A stretch of DNA of 64,000 bases from contig CBDDUX010000014.1 in the NCBI GenBank assembly GCA_965234725.1, positions 1 to 64,000 of the forward strand, given 5' to 3'. How positions within the stretch are numbered: the stretch's first letter is position 1; each line of letters begins with the position of its first letter. The stretch is from Thermoplasmatota archaeon (GTDB lineage: Archaea > Thermoplasmatota > Penumbrarchaeia > Penumbrarchaeales > Penumbrarchaeaceae). The position numbers were made by a program, and so were the translations under genes. Positions 11,408 through 21,025 of this stretch are shown piece after piece. The notes below the pieces were generated by a model. It saw only the letters and a list, made by a program, of their open reading frames with translations. It was not told the origin of the DNA and did not search any database.

Positions 11408-11887
11408 TTATACCTTTCCAATCCTGGAATTGATGTCCTTGATCCATTCATCCAGGTCCTTCAACTGCCATGCTGAGGATACCATTTGACCGTTCATAAC
11501 GTGGTTCACTCGCAGTAATTTCTTACCCCTGGATTTTCCAAGGAAGCTTCTTGTTGTCTCCAATCCCACTACGGATGAGAGGGGTATATCGATCCTCTTT
11601 TTCGGTATGAGCATCTCGAAATGAAGCCCTTCTTCAGTCAAGATGAGGACCCCATTACCCCGGACCTGGGCATACCCCTTGTCAGTGCAACCGAAGAAAT
11701 TGCCACCGCGAGATGACCTGACAAACCCCTCTCTGTTCAAGCCCTTCTTCATCTCCATTTCCTTCCTCAGGATCCAAATGATCATGATGATGTATAGAAG
11801 AATGATGAAGGCAAACGGTATGAAACAGATTATAGCAAGGATATCAGGTAGGGTCAAGGCTGCAGGTATCATCGTAGAGAGGACCAT
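11408..11887 (-). CDS. Single-TM hypothetical protein, possible PH/GRAM-like soluble domain
   Basis: TM helix, then a beta-rich GNGVLILTEEGLHF segment and a terminal helix. Confidence 0.6.
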   Translation of the reverse strand: MVLSTMIPAALTLPDILAIICFIPFAFIILLYIIMIIWILRKEMEMKKGLNREGFVRSSRGGNFFGCTDKGYAQVRGNGVLILTEEGLHFEMLIPKKRIDIPLSSVVGLETTRSFLGKSRGKKLLRVNHVMNGQMVSSAWQLKDLDEWIKDINSRIGKV

Positions 11888-11907
11888 GATCGATAATCGA
11901 ATAATAT

Positions 11908-12672
11908 CTATATATCCAATTCCACCCCGATAGGGCAGTGATCTGACCCCATAACTTCATTCCGGATGAAGGCATCGCACAACTTGGCTTTCAATCCCTT
12001 GTTGATGAAGAAATAATCGATCCTCCACCCGATATTCCTCTCCCTCGCCCTGGTCTTGTAATCCCACCAGGAATAATTATCTCCCTCTTCATGCAACTCC
12101 CGGAAAGTATCCAGATATCCTGCAGAAAGAAACCTGTCTATCCATTCTCTTTCGATGGGAAGAAATCCGGACACATTTTCATTCTCCTTGGGTCTTGCAA
12201 GGTCAATTTCCCTGTGAGCGGTGTTCACATCACCGCAGACAATGATATCCTTCCCATTCTTACGATATTCCTCTGCCTTCTCCAGAAAACACTCATAGAA
12301 GTCCAATTTATATTGCAGCCTCTCAGCATTCTTCTTTCCGTTGGGGAAATAGATGTTGAACAGTGCATTATTCCCGAAATGTGTGATGAGGGTCCTTCCC
12401 TCTGAATCGAACCTGTCAACACCCAGGCCGTATTCCACTTCATCGGGTTCCTTCAAGGTCCAGGTAGTTACACCCGAATATCCTTTCTTTTCAGCAGATG
12501 AAAAATATTTATGATATCCTCCAAAATCCAGAACTTTACTCGGAAGCTGCTCAGGGTGGGCCTTTGTCTCCTGAATACATAGAACATCCATTCCATCCTT
12601 CTCAATGATATCAAGAAGTCCCTTGTTCAGGATAGCCCTTATCCCATTGACATTCCAGGATATCAATCTCAT
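11908..12672 (-). CDS. xth: Exodeoxyribonuclease III (AP endonuclease)
   Basis: MRLISWNVNGIRA, CIQETK, GYSGV, YFPNG, CGDVNTAH, WRIDY, SDHCP. Start moved to ATG 12672, which follows an AAGGGGGA RBS. Confidence 0.95.
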   Translation of the reverse strand: MRLISWNVNGIRAILNKGLLDIIEKDGMDVLCIQETKAHPEQLPSKVLDFGGYHKYFSSAEKKGYSGVTTWTLKEPDEVEYGLGVDRFDSEGRTLITHFGNNALFNIYFPNGKKNAERLQYKLDFYECFLEKAEEYRKNGKDIIVCGDVNTAHREIDLARPKENENVSGFLPIEREWIDRFLSAGYLDTFRELHEEGDNYSWWDYKTRARERNIGWRIDYFFINKGLKAKLCDAFIRNEVMGSDHCPIGVELDI

Positions 12673-12676
12673 TGGT

Positions 12677-13930
12677 TCAATCCCCCTTCGAAGTGGCCCT
12701 GATGTCCACTTCGGGGGATATGTCGATGATGCTGTGTCCTTTGACAAGATCGTCCGGAAGTCCCTCTTCTTCTCCTATTAGCTCAGGGAATAGCTCTATC
12801 AGTTTCTTGGTATTGTATGGGCCTGGTCTTATCAGCTTTGGCGGTTTCTTGGAAAGGTCCAGGACCGTGTGTCCGATCCTGTAAAGTGAAGGTCCCCCAT
12901 CCACTGCAAGCGTCAATTCCTCCCCAAGCTGTTTTAGGGCACCGGAAAGAGTTGAAGGAGGGGGCATCCCGGATATATTAGCAGAAGTTCCGCATATCTC
13001 GATCTTTTCCATGATCCTTTTCATGAAGGAGTTCTCGCCGTCGGCAAGGGATACGGTATCAAGTCCGGAGGTGACATAATCCGGAACCCTGTTACCCTTC
13101 TTCGGTAGAATGATCGAGATCGGACCCATTAGTTCGTTGAATAATAATTTCTCCACCCTCTCGGGTATCTCCGCATAATCGGAGAACTTCTCCCTGGGAA
13201 CGATCATTGTCAGAGGCATGGAATCACTCCGTTTCTTCAGTGTGTATACCTTCTTCACTGCATCCGGCCTCTTGATGGAGGCAAAGAGTCCGTATGTTGT
13301 ATCGAAGGGTCCGCAAAGGACCTCACCCTGCTCAAGGCGCTCTATTACTGTATCCACATATTTATCGTAGGCAGGATATATTTTCGTATTGCCCACCTCC
13401 TGTACCTCTGTATGTTCCTCAAGGGGTCTTGCTCTTGACGAGATGCCCCCTCTTTCCGTTATCATATTGAACAACCCCCCGCTCTCGATTACCCTTACCA
13501 TGAATGATGGAAGTTCCTTAAGTTCAGACTCCTGGTTCTTTGTCAGGTTCTTGAACTCATCTGTATATACCTCCACCTTATCCCCGGTATCACAGGTGTA
13601 GGGAAGATCCACATCCACGAAAACTGGTATCCCGTTATTCATCAGATTCCTCTTCATGATCGGTGAAATGGATTCCACAATGACGGCCTTGATCCCCAGA
13701 CACTTTATTGCAAGGGATGCATGCTCCCTTGAAGACCCCTTTCCAAAGTCTCTCTTTGCCAATATTATATCCCCGGTCTTCACCCCTTTGGCAAACTCCG
13801 GGTGAGAAGCTTCCAGGCAGTGCTTACAGTATTTTTCAGGCTCCATTGAAAGGTATTGGGTCGGAGCGAGCATATCCGTGTTAATCTCTTCTTCAAGGAC
13901 CCATACCTTTCCCCTAGTGATCAGGGTCAA
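12677..13930 (-). CDS. Fusion of an isopropylmalate/homoaconitate dehydratase small subunit (LeuD-like) and a divergent YrdC/Sua5 (TsaC-like) domain
   Basis: aa 1-160: INTD, FGKGSSREHA, RNxxNNG, GGL. aa ~180-385: PFDTTYGL, KKR, GP, TSANISG, DGG, HTVLDL, IRPG. TTG start overlaps the leuC stop. Confidence 0.9.
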   Translation of the reverse strand: MTLITRGKVWVLEEEINTDMLAPTQYLSMEPEKYCKHCLEASHPEFAKGVKTGDIILAKRDFGKGSSREHASLAIKCLGIKAVIVESISPIMKRNLMNNGIPVFVDVDLPYTCDTGDKVEVYTDEFKNLTKNQESELKELPSFMVRVIESGGLFNMITERGGISSRARPLEEHTEVQEVGNTKIYPAYDKYVDTVIERLEQGEVLCGPFDTTYGLFASIKRPDAVKKVYTLKKRSDSMPLTMIVPREKFSDYAEIPERVEKLLFNELMGPISIILPKKGNRVPDYVTSGLDTVSLADGENSFMKRIMEKIEICGTSANISGMPPPSTLSGALKQLGEELTLAVDGGPSLYRIGHTVLDLSKKPPKLIRPGPYNTKKLIELFPELIGEEEGLPDDLVKGHSIIDISPEVDIRATSKGD

Positions 13931-15162
13931 GATACCACCTCCTCGGGATGGGATATCATCCCTCTAATTGCAGTGGCTCCAGCCACAGCAGCTCCTGAGA
14001 TATAGATCCTTGATGTCTTTTCTCCCATTCTACCCTGAAAATTCCTGTTGGATGTTGTCAGGGCGACCTCCCCATCCGGTAATATGCCCAGGAATCCACC
14101 GGCGCAGGGACCGCAAGTAGGCATGCTTAAAACCCCTCCCGCATCCATGATGATCTTTAGATAACCCGCCCTCTGGGCAGCAGAATATACCGCCCTGGAA
14201 CCTGGTATGACCAGGAGTCTTACATCAGGATGGACCTTCCTTCCCTTAAGTGTGCCAGATAATATCCTGAGATCGTCCAGTCTGCCGTTTGTGCATGATC
14301 CTACAAATACCTGGTCCACAACCTTGCCTTCAAGATTTTCCACATCATCCGCATCATTTGGAGATCCGGGTTTGGCCACCTGGGGGCCCATGTCATCGAT
14401 GTCGATCGTCTCTGTATCCCAACCCCAATCAGGTGAAAGTGGCCCGTTCTCCTTGATGTCGGTTGTTATCAATGCTGCAACGGCAGAAGTCTCTGCTGCC
14501 ATATTGGAGATGGTCATCCTCCCATCATTTCCCATCCAATTCAGGATCTGACCGTCCATTTCCAGGATCCTGTTACTTCCTCCACCGCAGCCAAGCCATG
14601 AGATCATACGGAGGGCCAGGTCCTTTCCCTCACACCAAACATCAGGGATCCCTGAAAATTCCACTCCAAGAGGTTTGGGAACCTCCAACCAAAACTCACC
14701 GGAAGCCACTGCAGCTGCAAGGTCGGTTGACCCTACTCCCATGCAGAAAGCACCGAGAGCGCCTCCTGTTGTCGTATGAGAATCAGCCCCTATAACAAGC
14801 TGACCTTTCTGGACCCTTCCATCCTCGAAAAGGTGGACATGGCAGATGCCCTCTCCCCATTCGATCAGGTCTCTTATGCTGTATCTGGAGCTGAACTCTC
14901 TCATTGACCTGCAAGCTTCGGCACTGTCACGGTCTTTTGGGGGAGTGAAATGGTCCATGTAAAGAACGGTTCTCATAGCTGCTCTGAGGTATGGCAGTCC
15001 ATGTTCATTGATCAGATTTATTGAAGGAAGGGCAGTTACATCGTGTCCCATAATGATGTCCGGGTTGAAGACCGAATATTCCCCTACCTCCATGGTTCCC
15101 TCAACGAGGTGTTCCTTCAGTATACTTAGACCTAAAGAACTTGAGTAAGCTTGATCGTCCAT
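13927..15162 (-). CDS. leuC: 3-isopropylmalate/homoaconitate dehydratase large subunit (aconitase family)
   Basis: GHD, DH, EGICH, GADSHT, GSTD, GSCTNGR, CGPCxG (three Fe-S cysteines), TSNRNFxGRMG. Confidence 0.92.
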   Translation of the reverse strand: MDDQAYSSSLGLSILKEHLVEGTMEVGEYSVFNPDIIMGHDVTALPSINLINEHGLPYLRAAMRTVLYMDHFTPPKDRDSAEACRSMREFSSRYSIRDLIEWGEGICHVHLFEDGRVQKGQLVIGADSHTTTGGALGAFCMGVGSTDLAAAVASGEFWLEVPKPLGVEFSGIPDVWCEGKDLALRMISWLGCGGGSNRILEMDGQILNWMGNDGRMTISNMAAETSAVAALITTDIKENGPLSPDWGWDTETIDIDDMGPQVAKPGSPNDADDVENLEGKVVDQVFVGSCTNGRLDDLRILSGTLKGRKVHPDVRLLVIPGSRAVYSAAQRAGYLKIIMDAGGVLSMPTCGPCAGGFLGILPDGEVALTTSNRNFQGRMGEKTSRIYISGAAVAGATAIRGMISHPEEVVS

Positions 15163-16362
15163 CTATCCCCCCTCCGTAACATCAAGCTCGAATCCATTCT
15201 TCAAGGCAAAATCGATAAGATCATTCTCATCCTCGAGAGGTCCTAGGTCTACTGGTCTCTCCTTTACCATCTCTGTTAGTTTATCTATCTCATTCTCAGG
15301 GAGTCGGCATCCTTTCCTCTCAAGGAAATGTTTGACAGCAGCCTTACCCGTATGTTTGCCCAGTATGTACCTTTTGCCCAGGATACCCAAGACCTTCGGG
15401 TCGACCAGTTCATAGGTCATGGGATTGTTCAACATACCGTGAACATGGATGCCTGATTCATGTCTGAAAGCGTTATCACCAACCAATGGTTGGGTGAGGC
15501 CGACCTTAAGGTTCATCTCTCTGATGACCGTGTCACATGTGGATCCCAGCTTCTCATGATGGATGTTGGTTTTGATATTGAAATGCTTTTCATGGAATAA
15601 TAATCCTACAGCCAGCTGTTCAAGGGCGGTATTCCCGGCCCGTTCTCCTATTCCCGTTACCGTCACATCGACCTGCTCGGCACCAGCACGGATCGAAGCC
15701 AAGGTATTGGCAGTAGCTAGATTAAGATCATTATGGCAGTGAACACCAACTGGTATCTTGTCCTTGACCCCCTTTCTGATCTCTTTGACAAGAAGTGCCA
15801 TGTGCTCTGGTAAGGCGCAGCCAACGGTATCGGCTAGATTGACCACATCCACACCGGCCCTTGCTGCTTCCCTCATCAGATTGGTAAGGAAATCCAGGTT
15901 TGATCTGGTGGCATCCTCGGATGAGAACTGTACAGAGTCGAACTTCCCGGAAGCATACCTTATTGCACTGATCGATTTCTCCATCACCTTGCCCGGACTC
16001 ATGTTCAATTTGTATTTCATGTGAATGGGGGAAGTTGCTATCCAGAGATGAAGCCTTGAATAATTGGCTTTTTTAAGGATCTGGTGGCAGAGATCGATCT
16101 CTTCCTTCATAGGTCGGCATAACACTGCTATCTCTGTATTCTGGATATCCTTGGCGATCATCTCAACGGCCATTCTCTCGGAGGGACTGTTGATGGGGAA
16201 GCCCGCTTCAAGAACATCCACACCTACGCTTTCGAGAGCTCTGGCTATTATCAGCTTACTCTCTGGAGAGAGCTGAATACCAGGGGCCTGCTCACCGTCC
16301 CGAAGCGTTGTATCGAATATTCTAATGGTTCGAGAGAAAATATTCCCCCCTAACACGGTCAT
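15163..16362 (-). CDS. Short-form 2-isopropylmalate/homocitrate/citramalate synthase family enzyme (no C-terminal regulatory domain)
   Basis: DTTLRDGEQ, EAGFP, IATSPIH, EDATRS, HCHNDL, GIGERAGN, HESGIH, LGKHTG. About 399 aa from ATG 16362. Confidence 0.92.
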   Translation of the reverse strand: MTVLGGNIFSRTIRIFDTTLRDGEQAPGIQLSPESKLIIARALESVGVDVLEAGFPINSPSERMAVEMIAKDIQNTEIAVLCRPMKEEIDLCHQILKKANYSRLHLWIATSPIHMKYKLNMSPGKVMEKSISAIRYASGKFDSVQFSSEDATRSNLDFLTNLMREAARAGVDVVNLADTVGCALPEHMALLVKEIRKGVKDKIPVGVHCHNDLNLATANTLASIRAGAEQVDVTVTGIGERAGNTALEQLAVGLLFHEKHFNIKTNIHHEKLGSTCDTVIREMNLKVGLTQPLVGDNAFRHESGIHVHGMLNNPMTYELVDPKVLGILGKRYILGKHTGKAAVKHFLERKGCRLPENEIDKLTEMVKERPVDLGPLEDENDLIDFALKNGFELDVTEGG

Positions 16363-16516
16363 AAAGCCACGGCTGCTTAGGGAAAACAGTAATGTCTGGC
16401 TGTTATAAACACAGAGGGGGGGTGGTCGAAAGTAAAACAATTCGATCTACAAATCGAAGGCCTTATTTACCAACTCCTCTTCTTGAGCTGATAATCTTTG
16501 CGATCCAAGGGGATGA

Positions 16517-17197
16517 ATGATGCTCAAGGAATACCCGCTCGAGGATACTCTGCTGATAGGTTTTGAATTCCCTGTAGCCCTGGTCATAGAAGTGACAAAA
16601 CAGGGAGTTGTCCTTTCCAAGATGAGATACCTGAAGGCTTTGGGAGATGTCATCAATCAGACCATTAGATGTCCCATGATCACAATGTACGCCCACATGG
16701 GCACATTCAGGGATCCACATCTCTCTTCTGAGATGATAAGCCCAATGGGTGTTGACCTGATCTACTTGTTCCAGATCGATAAGCAATATTTCAACGAGAC
16801 AATAGAGGCTATTAAAAGGGGAAGGGCTACCCTTAACTTCCATAACCCTCAGACCAGGGATATGGCTAGAGGTCTTATGGAGAAGATAATGAAGAAAGAG
16901 AGGATCAACTTCAGGAGGCTATCGGCCCAGGAACAGGGTCTGATCCTGGAACCATATATCTACTATCTTCTTCAGAGAGTTGGAGAAGGAAAGAGGAATG
17001 TCCTCCAGAACGTTGAACTCCTTGAACGGGAAGGCGTTTTAAAATGCGAGATAGGCAATGACACTCTCAGATACAGACCTGGCCCGGCACCAACAATGGA
17101 ACTGGATATCCTTTTATTCACGGATCTAAAATACCTGCCATCAATTTTGAGAGGTCTTGAATCCCATGGATTCAAACACGAGATCCAGAGAGGTTAA
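16517..17197 (+). CDS. Hypothetical protein
   Basis: 226 aa ORF with an AAGGGG RBS, divergent from the leuA-like operon; no motif recognised. Confidence 0.65.
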   Translation: MMLKEYPLEDTLLIGFEFPVALVIEVTKQGVVLSKMRYLKALGDVINQTIRCPMITMYAHMGTFRDPHLSSEMISPMGVDLIYLFQIDKQYFNETIEAIKRGRATLNFHNPQTRDMARGLMEKIMKKERINFRRLSAQEQGLILEPYIYYLLQRVGEGKRNVLQNVELLEREGVLKCEIGNDTLRYRPGPAPTMELDILLFTDLKYLPSILRGLESHGFKHEIQRG

Positions 17198-17215
17198 GAT
17201 CCTTTAAGATATCAT

Positions 17216-19663
17216 TCAGGAATTCCTGTCAGGGACCAGGTAGATGTGGGTTGATTTTCCCTTCTTCCTGACTTCTATCTGACCCTTATCCTTGAGGGAT
17301 TTTATATTATAATTGACAGTTGAATTTGAGATCGAAAGTCTTTCGGATATCTCCTTCTGGGATAGACCAGGTTCCCCTTCAATTAGTGCCATGACATCTC
17401 GCTGGATGGGTGAAAGGCTTACTCTTACTTCTTCTATATTGTATCCAGCAGGATAGAACCTTCTGTACAAACCATCTTTTTGGCTTCTGATAAGGTTCTC
17501 CTTCTCCAGTGTATAGAGATGATGTGCAAGTGTGCCGTTGGTGAGATTGAGATTGACCAGTATGGACCTGAAATGCTCCCCGGGATTGTTCTGGACATAT
17601 ACGTATATCCTCTTTCTCAACCTGTTGGAAAGAAGATGTTCGGGTTTCAATTTACTGTATAACGGAAATAGACTGGCAAAGAGGGGATATTTGACATATT
17701 CAGTGTTGATGAAAAGAGCAAGGGAGGTGAGGATAACAGATCCACCTACAGCCACGGCAACAGCGGTGGAGGCATCGATCTCACCCGGATCGCCACCTGT
17801 CTGGGCATCCCCGGACCCTGTCCTTTTTGGAATCACATTGATGGGCTCGGTAAGGTCATTATCATTGATCTCAGATTCCTCCGATCCCTCTGAAGGTACT
17901 AGGATAGCTCTGATCTTCTGGGTGGATGGTCTTGCAGTCCAGTTGAATTTGAATGTGATCTCATCCCCCGAGGAAAGGGATATCGGTATTGATCCGATAA
18001 GATTGTTGGAGAACGAGTATGAGATCTCGTATAGCTCCAATGATATTCCGTTCATATCAATGTTCGAAGGATTGAGGACCGTGATATTTACCTGGACGGT
18101 CTCCCCTTCATCAATGGGTCTGTTTGGAAGGATGATCGACCTGACCGCAATATTGGGCAGTTCCATCATTTTAACAGGGACCTCGAAATCCGTGGCAAGG
18201 ACCCATTCCTTGTTCTCTTCCAATGGCACCTTGATATTGACATGGAATGAGAATTGGAGTGGCACCTCGTTGTTCCTGGGATAGAGGACCACTATTATTC
18301 CTCTCGATGTACCAGGGCCAAGACTGAATGAGGATGGATCGATGCTGGATATGAAACATGTTGGAAGGTCCTTCAGGTCAAGTACTATCTGGCTGGTTGA
18401 ATCTCCATTGTTCAGAACCCTGAACTTAATAATCACATCGGACCCGATCTTTGCATCCGAGATCTCGAGGTCAGTATAGGTGATGTTCGATCCTGAGGTC
18501 AACATTACAGTCATACTGCCTTCTATGACCTTTGCGTTGTCTGACCGTCCCCCCAGGGTGATATCGAAATCCCCCGAGGTCCCTTTAGGTGGAAGTAATT
18601 GTACCATCACGATCCTCGTTTCTCCCACTTCCAGGGTCGAAGAATCTCCGATATCGATCGTATACTGCCAGTTAGACTGTTCGAAGGAACCTGAAAGTAC
18701 CTTCAATTGAGGGTCGATCGTGGAAGGGAGAACTCCAGTATGGATCAGATCGAATTGCAGATCAAGCGGAGATCCGCTCTCCGCTTCCAACATGGCCTTT
18801 TTGGGGTGAATGGAGATCGTGGAAGGATTCACAACCCTGAAAATGAGGTCGATCCTGTCAGTTGCTTTTCCTGTCCCGTAACGTAAAAACATCTCTGATG
18901 AGGAATAAATGGATATGGTCTGGGAATCTCCAACCTTGCTCGTCTCAGGGACACCTATCAAGATCCTTGTAATAAAAATGGAATCACTGGAACCGGGTGG
19001 CAGAGTGACCATAAAGGAATCCTCTTCATCCTGGAATCTGGCATCCCAGCTGGACTGATGTTCCATGATCTTCAATGTAAGATCATCGATGATGTCTCCC
19101 TGGTTCCTTAACAGGATCTCCATGTAAGACCTTTGACCAGGGTAAACCTGGACCTCCATTTCCTTTTCCGCATCCGGGTATATCAGGAGTTCGTGGTCAA
19201 CTTCTGCTTCAAGTCTCACAACCGCAATTATGAAGGCTCTATCACCTGTAATATTTGCGATCCCATCGATTCTTATCTGGAATTCACCCTCGGGATCCAT
19301 CATCATATCCTTGGGTATGGAAACATCGAGAAGTATCGAGTTCCTACCCTGACCCGGTACTTTGACGGATCCTGTGATGTATATGTTCCAGTCCTCGGGG
19401 GACTGCATCTCCATGATCACAGTCTGCTCAAGTTCATGATCATTATTGAGCCAGATCCTGTATTCCAGCTCCTGGCCGGGAATTGCTGTTAGGATGGGGT
19501 AACCCATTTCAGTTACATCATCTCCTTCATCGGCCTCCATCGTAATGGTACCTTCATTAATCTGAGACCTGACCTGTCCAGATCCAGGGATAGAGATCAT
19601 TATTGCCACAGATGAGATCAATATGGCAATGAGGACCAGAAAGGAGGTCGACCGTATGTTCAT
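17216..19663 (-). CDS. Membrane-spanning one-component regulator: extracellular Ig-like (NEW3/CARDB) repeats, TM helix, tandem winged-HTH
   Basis: Signal peptide from MNIRST (start uncertain), CARDB-like end (EINDND), TM helix, RKRIYVYVQNNPGEHF..GTLAHHL and PGLSQKEISERL..STVNYNIK wHTH domains. Confidence 0.85.
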   Translation of the reverse strand: MNIRSTSFLVLIAILISSVAIMISIPGSGQVRSQINEGTITMEADEGDDVTEMGYPILTAIPGQELEYRIWLNNDHELEQTVIMEMQSPEDWNIYITGSVKVPGQGRNSILLDVSIPKDMMMDPEGEFQIRIDGIANITGDRAFIIAVVRLEAEVDHELLIYPDAEKEMEVQVYPGQRSYMEILLRNQGDIIDDLTLKIMEHQSSWDARFQDEEDSFMVTLPPGSSDSIFITRILIGVPETSKVGDSQTISIYSSSEMFLRYGTGKATDRIDLIFRVVNPSTISIHPKKAMLEAESGSPLDLQFDLIHTGVLPSTIDPQLKVLSGSFEQSNWQYTIDIGDSSTLEVGETRIVMVQLLPPKGTSGDFDITLGGRSDNAKVIEGSMTVMLTSGSNITYTDLEISDAKIGSDVIIKFRVLNNGDSTSQIVLDLKDLPTCFISSIDPSSFSLGPGTSRGIIVVLYPRNNEVPLQFSFHVNIKVPLEENKEWVLATDFEVPVKMMELPNIAVRSIILPNRPIDEGETVQVNITVLNPSNIDMNGISLELYEISYSFSNNLIGSIPISLSSGDEITFKFNWTARPSTQKIRAILVPSEGSEESEINDNDLTEPINVIPKRTGSGDAQTGGDPGEIDASTAVAVAVGGSVILTSLALFINTEYVKYPLFASLFPLYSKLKPEHLLSNRLRKRIYVYVQNNPGEHFRSILVNLNLTNGTLAHHLYTLEKENLIRSQKDGLYRRFYPAGYNIEEVRVSLSPIQRDVMALIEGEPGLSQKEISERLSISNSTVNYNIKSLKDKGQIEVRKKGKSTHIYLVPDRNS

Positions 19664-19854
19664 GAGAAACCAATCCCTCCAAAGACTATTTAAGCCCATT
19701 AGTACACGAATTGGATTGAAAATCGACATGGTCAAGGTTCGATCAGGAACCATGCCACCCATATCCGATCCAACCCATAAGGTCCCAAAGGAAAGAATTA
19801 TAGTAATCAATCTCATGACGGACCACCTGTCGGGGCGATCATTGAGGTATATTC

Positions 19855-20298
19855 ATGGCTGAAAAGAAATATAGAAGTAATGGCCGGTTCCTTGATCTCA
19901 TTGGTGGCAGGGTCAATCTTTTCCTGGGTGTCCTGGCCCTGGCAATTATCCTCGGATCGCTATCCGCTTTGGTCTACAACGCCGTGAACACCAGGTCAAC
20001 TGATGTTCTAACTGTCAACGGAAAAGAATATGATTGGGAGTCCATGCAAAATGATTTTGATGTTATGGAATATGATGGGAACACTGGAATATCCATAAGA
20101 GAACTCCTTTCGGATTCGGGTGTTGAAGGCCTTGAAGGCAGGTCTTTCAGATTCATTGGAGCTGATGGATATGAAAAGGAGATACCTTGGTCCGATATGA
20201 ACAATGGAATGTTGAATACGGATGAGAAGAAGGCGATCTTCCCTGATCTTGCAAAAGCTTTCTGGGTCAGAGACCTTGTGGAAATTGAGGTTGTTTGA
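19855..20298 (+). CDS. Membrane-anchored protein with a truncated sulfite-oxidase/molybdopterin-binding-like domain
   Basis: TM helix, then TGISIRELL...FIGADGY...FPDLAKAFWVRDLVEIEV. Confidence 0.65.
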   Translation: MAEKKYRSNGRFLDLIGGRVNLFLGVLALAIILGSLSALVYNAVNTRSTDVLTVNGKEYDWESMQNDFDVMEYDGNTGISIRELLSDSGVEGLEGRSFRFIGADGYEKEIPWSDMNNGMLNTDEKKAIFPDLAKAFWVRDLVEIEVV

Positions 20299-20299
20299 T

Positions 20300-21025
20300 A
20301 TGGATAAGAGAGGTGTTTTTTTCGGCATCGGAATGGCTGCGATAATATTCTCGGTCATCCTTTCAGGATGCACAGAGGAAGAGGATGATGGTGACAAGGT
20401 AACCATTTTGATCAATGGAGAGGAGATTCCCCTTGGGTCCATCTTCGATGACCACGGAACGGAAACCGTGTTCACTGGAGGAACCAATTACACTGGAGTA
20501 TCCCTCAGTGACCTGATCAATGAAACGGATCTTTCCTCACCGGAGGACAACCAATACAGGATCACTGCCCAGGACGGTTGGAATCAGGATGTGACCTGGG
20601 GTGACATGATGAAAGGTATCCTGGTTGAAGAGGATACAATGACAGCTTTCCCGGGCCTCCCGGGAAAATACAGGATCAAAGATGTTGTAGAGATAAAGGC
20701 CGTTTCCTCGCCCACGATAGAGGTGAACGACCAATTGTATGTCTGGCCTCAGGTTTTCCATATTATTGATAATCCAGTTGAAATGACTGATAATGAAAAT
20801 AACACCATTGAGGGAGTATATCTCTCAACTGTCATCAACCTGACAGGTCTTTCAGACCAGGATATGCATATGTACAATATCATCGGAAAAGACGGATATA
20901 ATCAGACCGTCACCTGGATAGACTTGACAGAAGGCTTGTTGGTATTGGAAGGGAATGAATGTTTCTTCCCTCATCTTGCAAAGAAGTATAATATTTCGGA
21001 TATCGTAAGAATAGAGGTGATGTGA
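20300..21025 (+). CDS. Lipoprotein with two tandem molybdopterin-binding-like domains
   Basis: Lipobox ILSGC; two copies of GVxLSxxI...DG[WY]NQxVTWxD..GxLV...P.L..KY.I.D.V.I. Paralogous to the upstream gene. Confidence 0.7.
   Translation: MDKRGVFFGIGMAAIIFSVILSGCTEEEDDGDKVTILINGEEIPLGSIFDDHGTETVFTGGTNYTGVSLSDLINETDLSSPEDNQYRITAQDGWNQDVTWGDMMKGILVEEDTMTAFPGLPGKYRIKDVVEIKAVSSPTIEVNDQLYVWPQVFHIIDNPVEMTDNENNTIEGVYLSTVINLTGLSDQDMHMYNIIGKDGYNQTVTWIDLTEGLLVLEGNECFFPHLAKKYNISDIVRIEVM

Noticed and set aside
17532-18284. 250-aa plus-strand ORF and the many other short antisense ORFs in the track
   Set aside because: Shadow frames of well-supported genes on the opposite strand.
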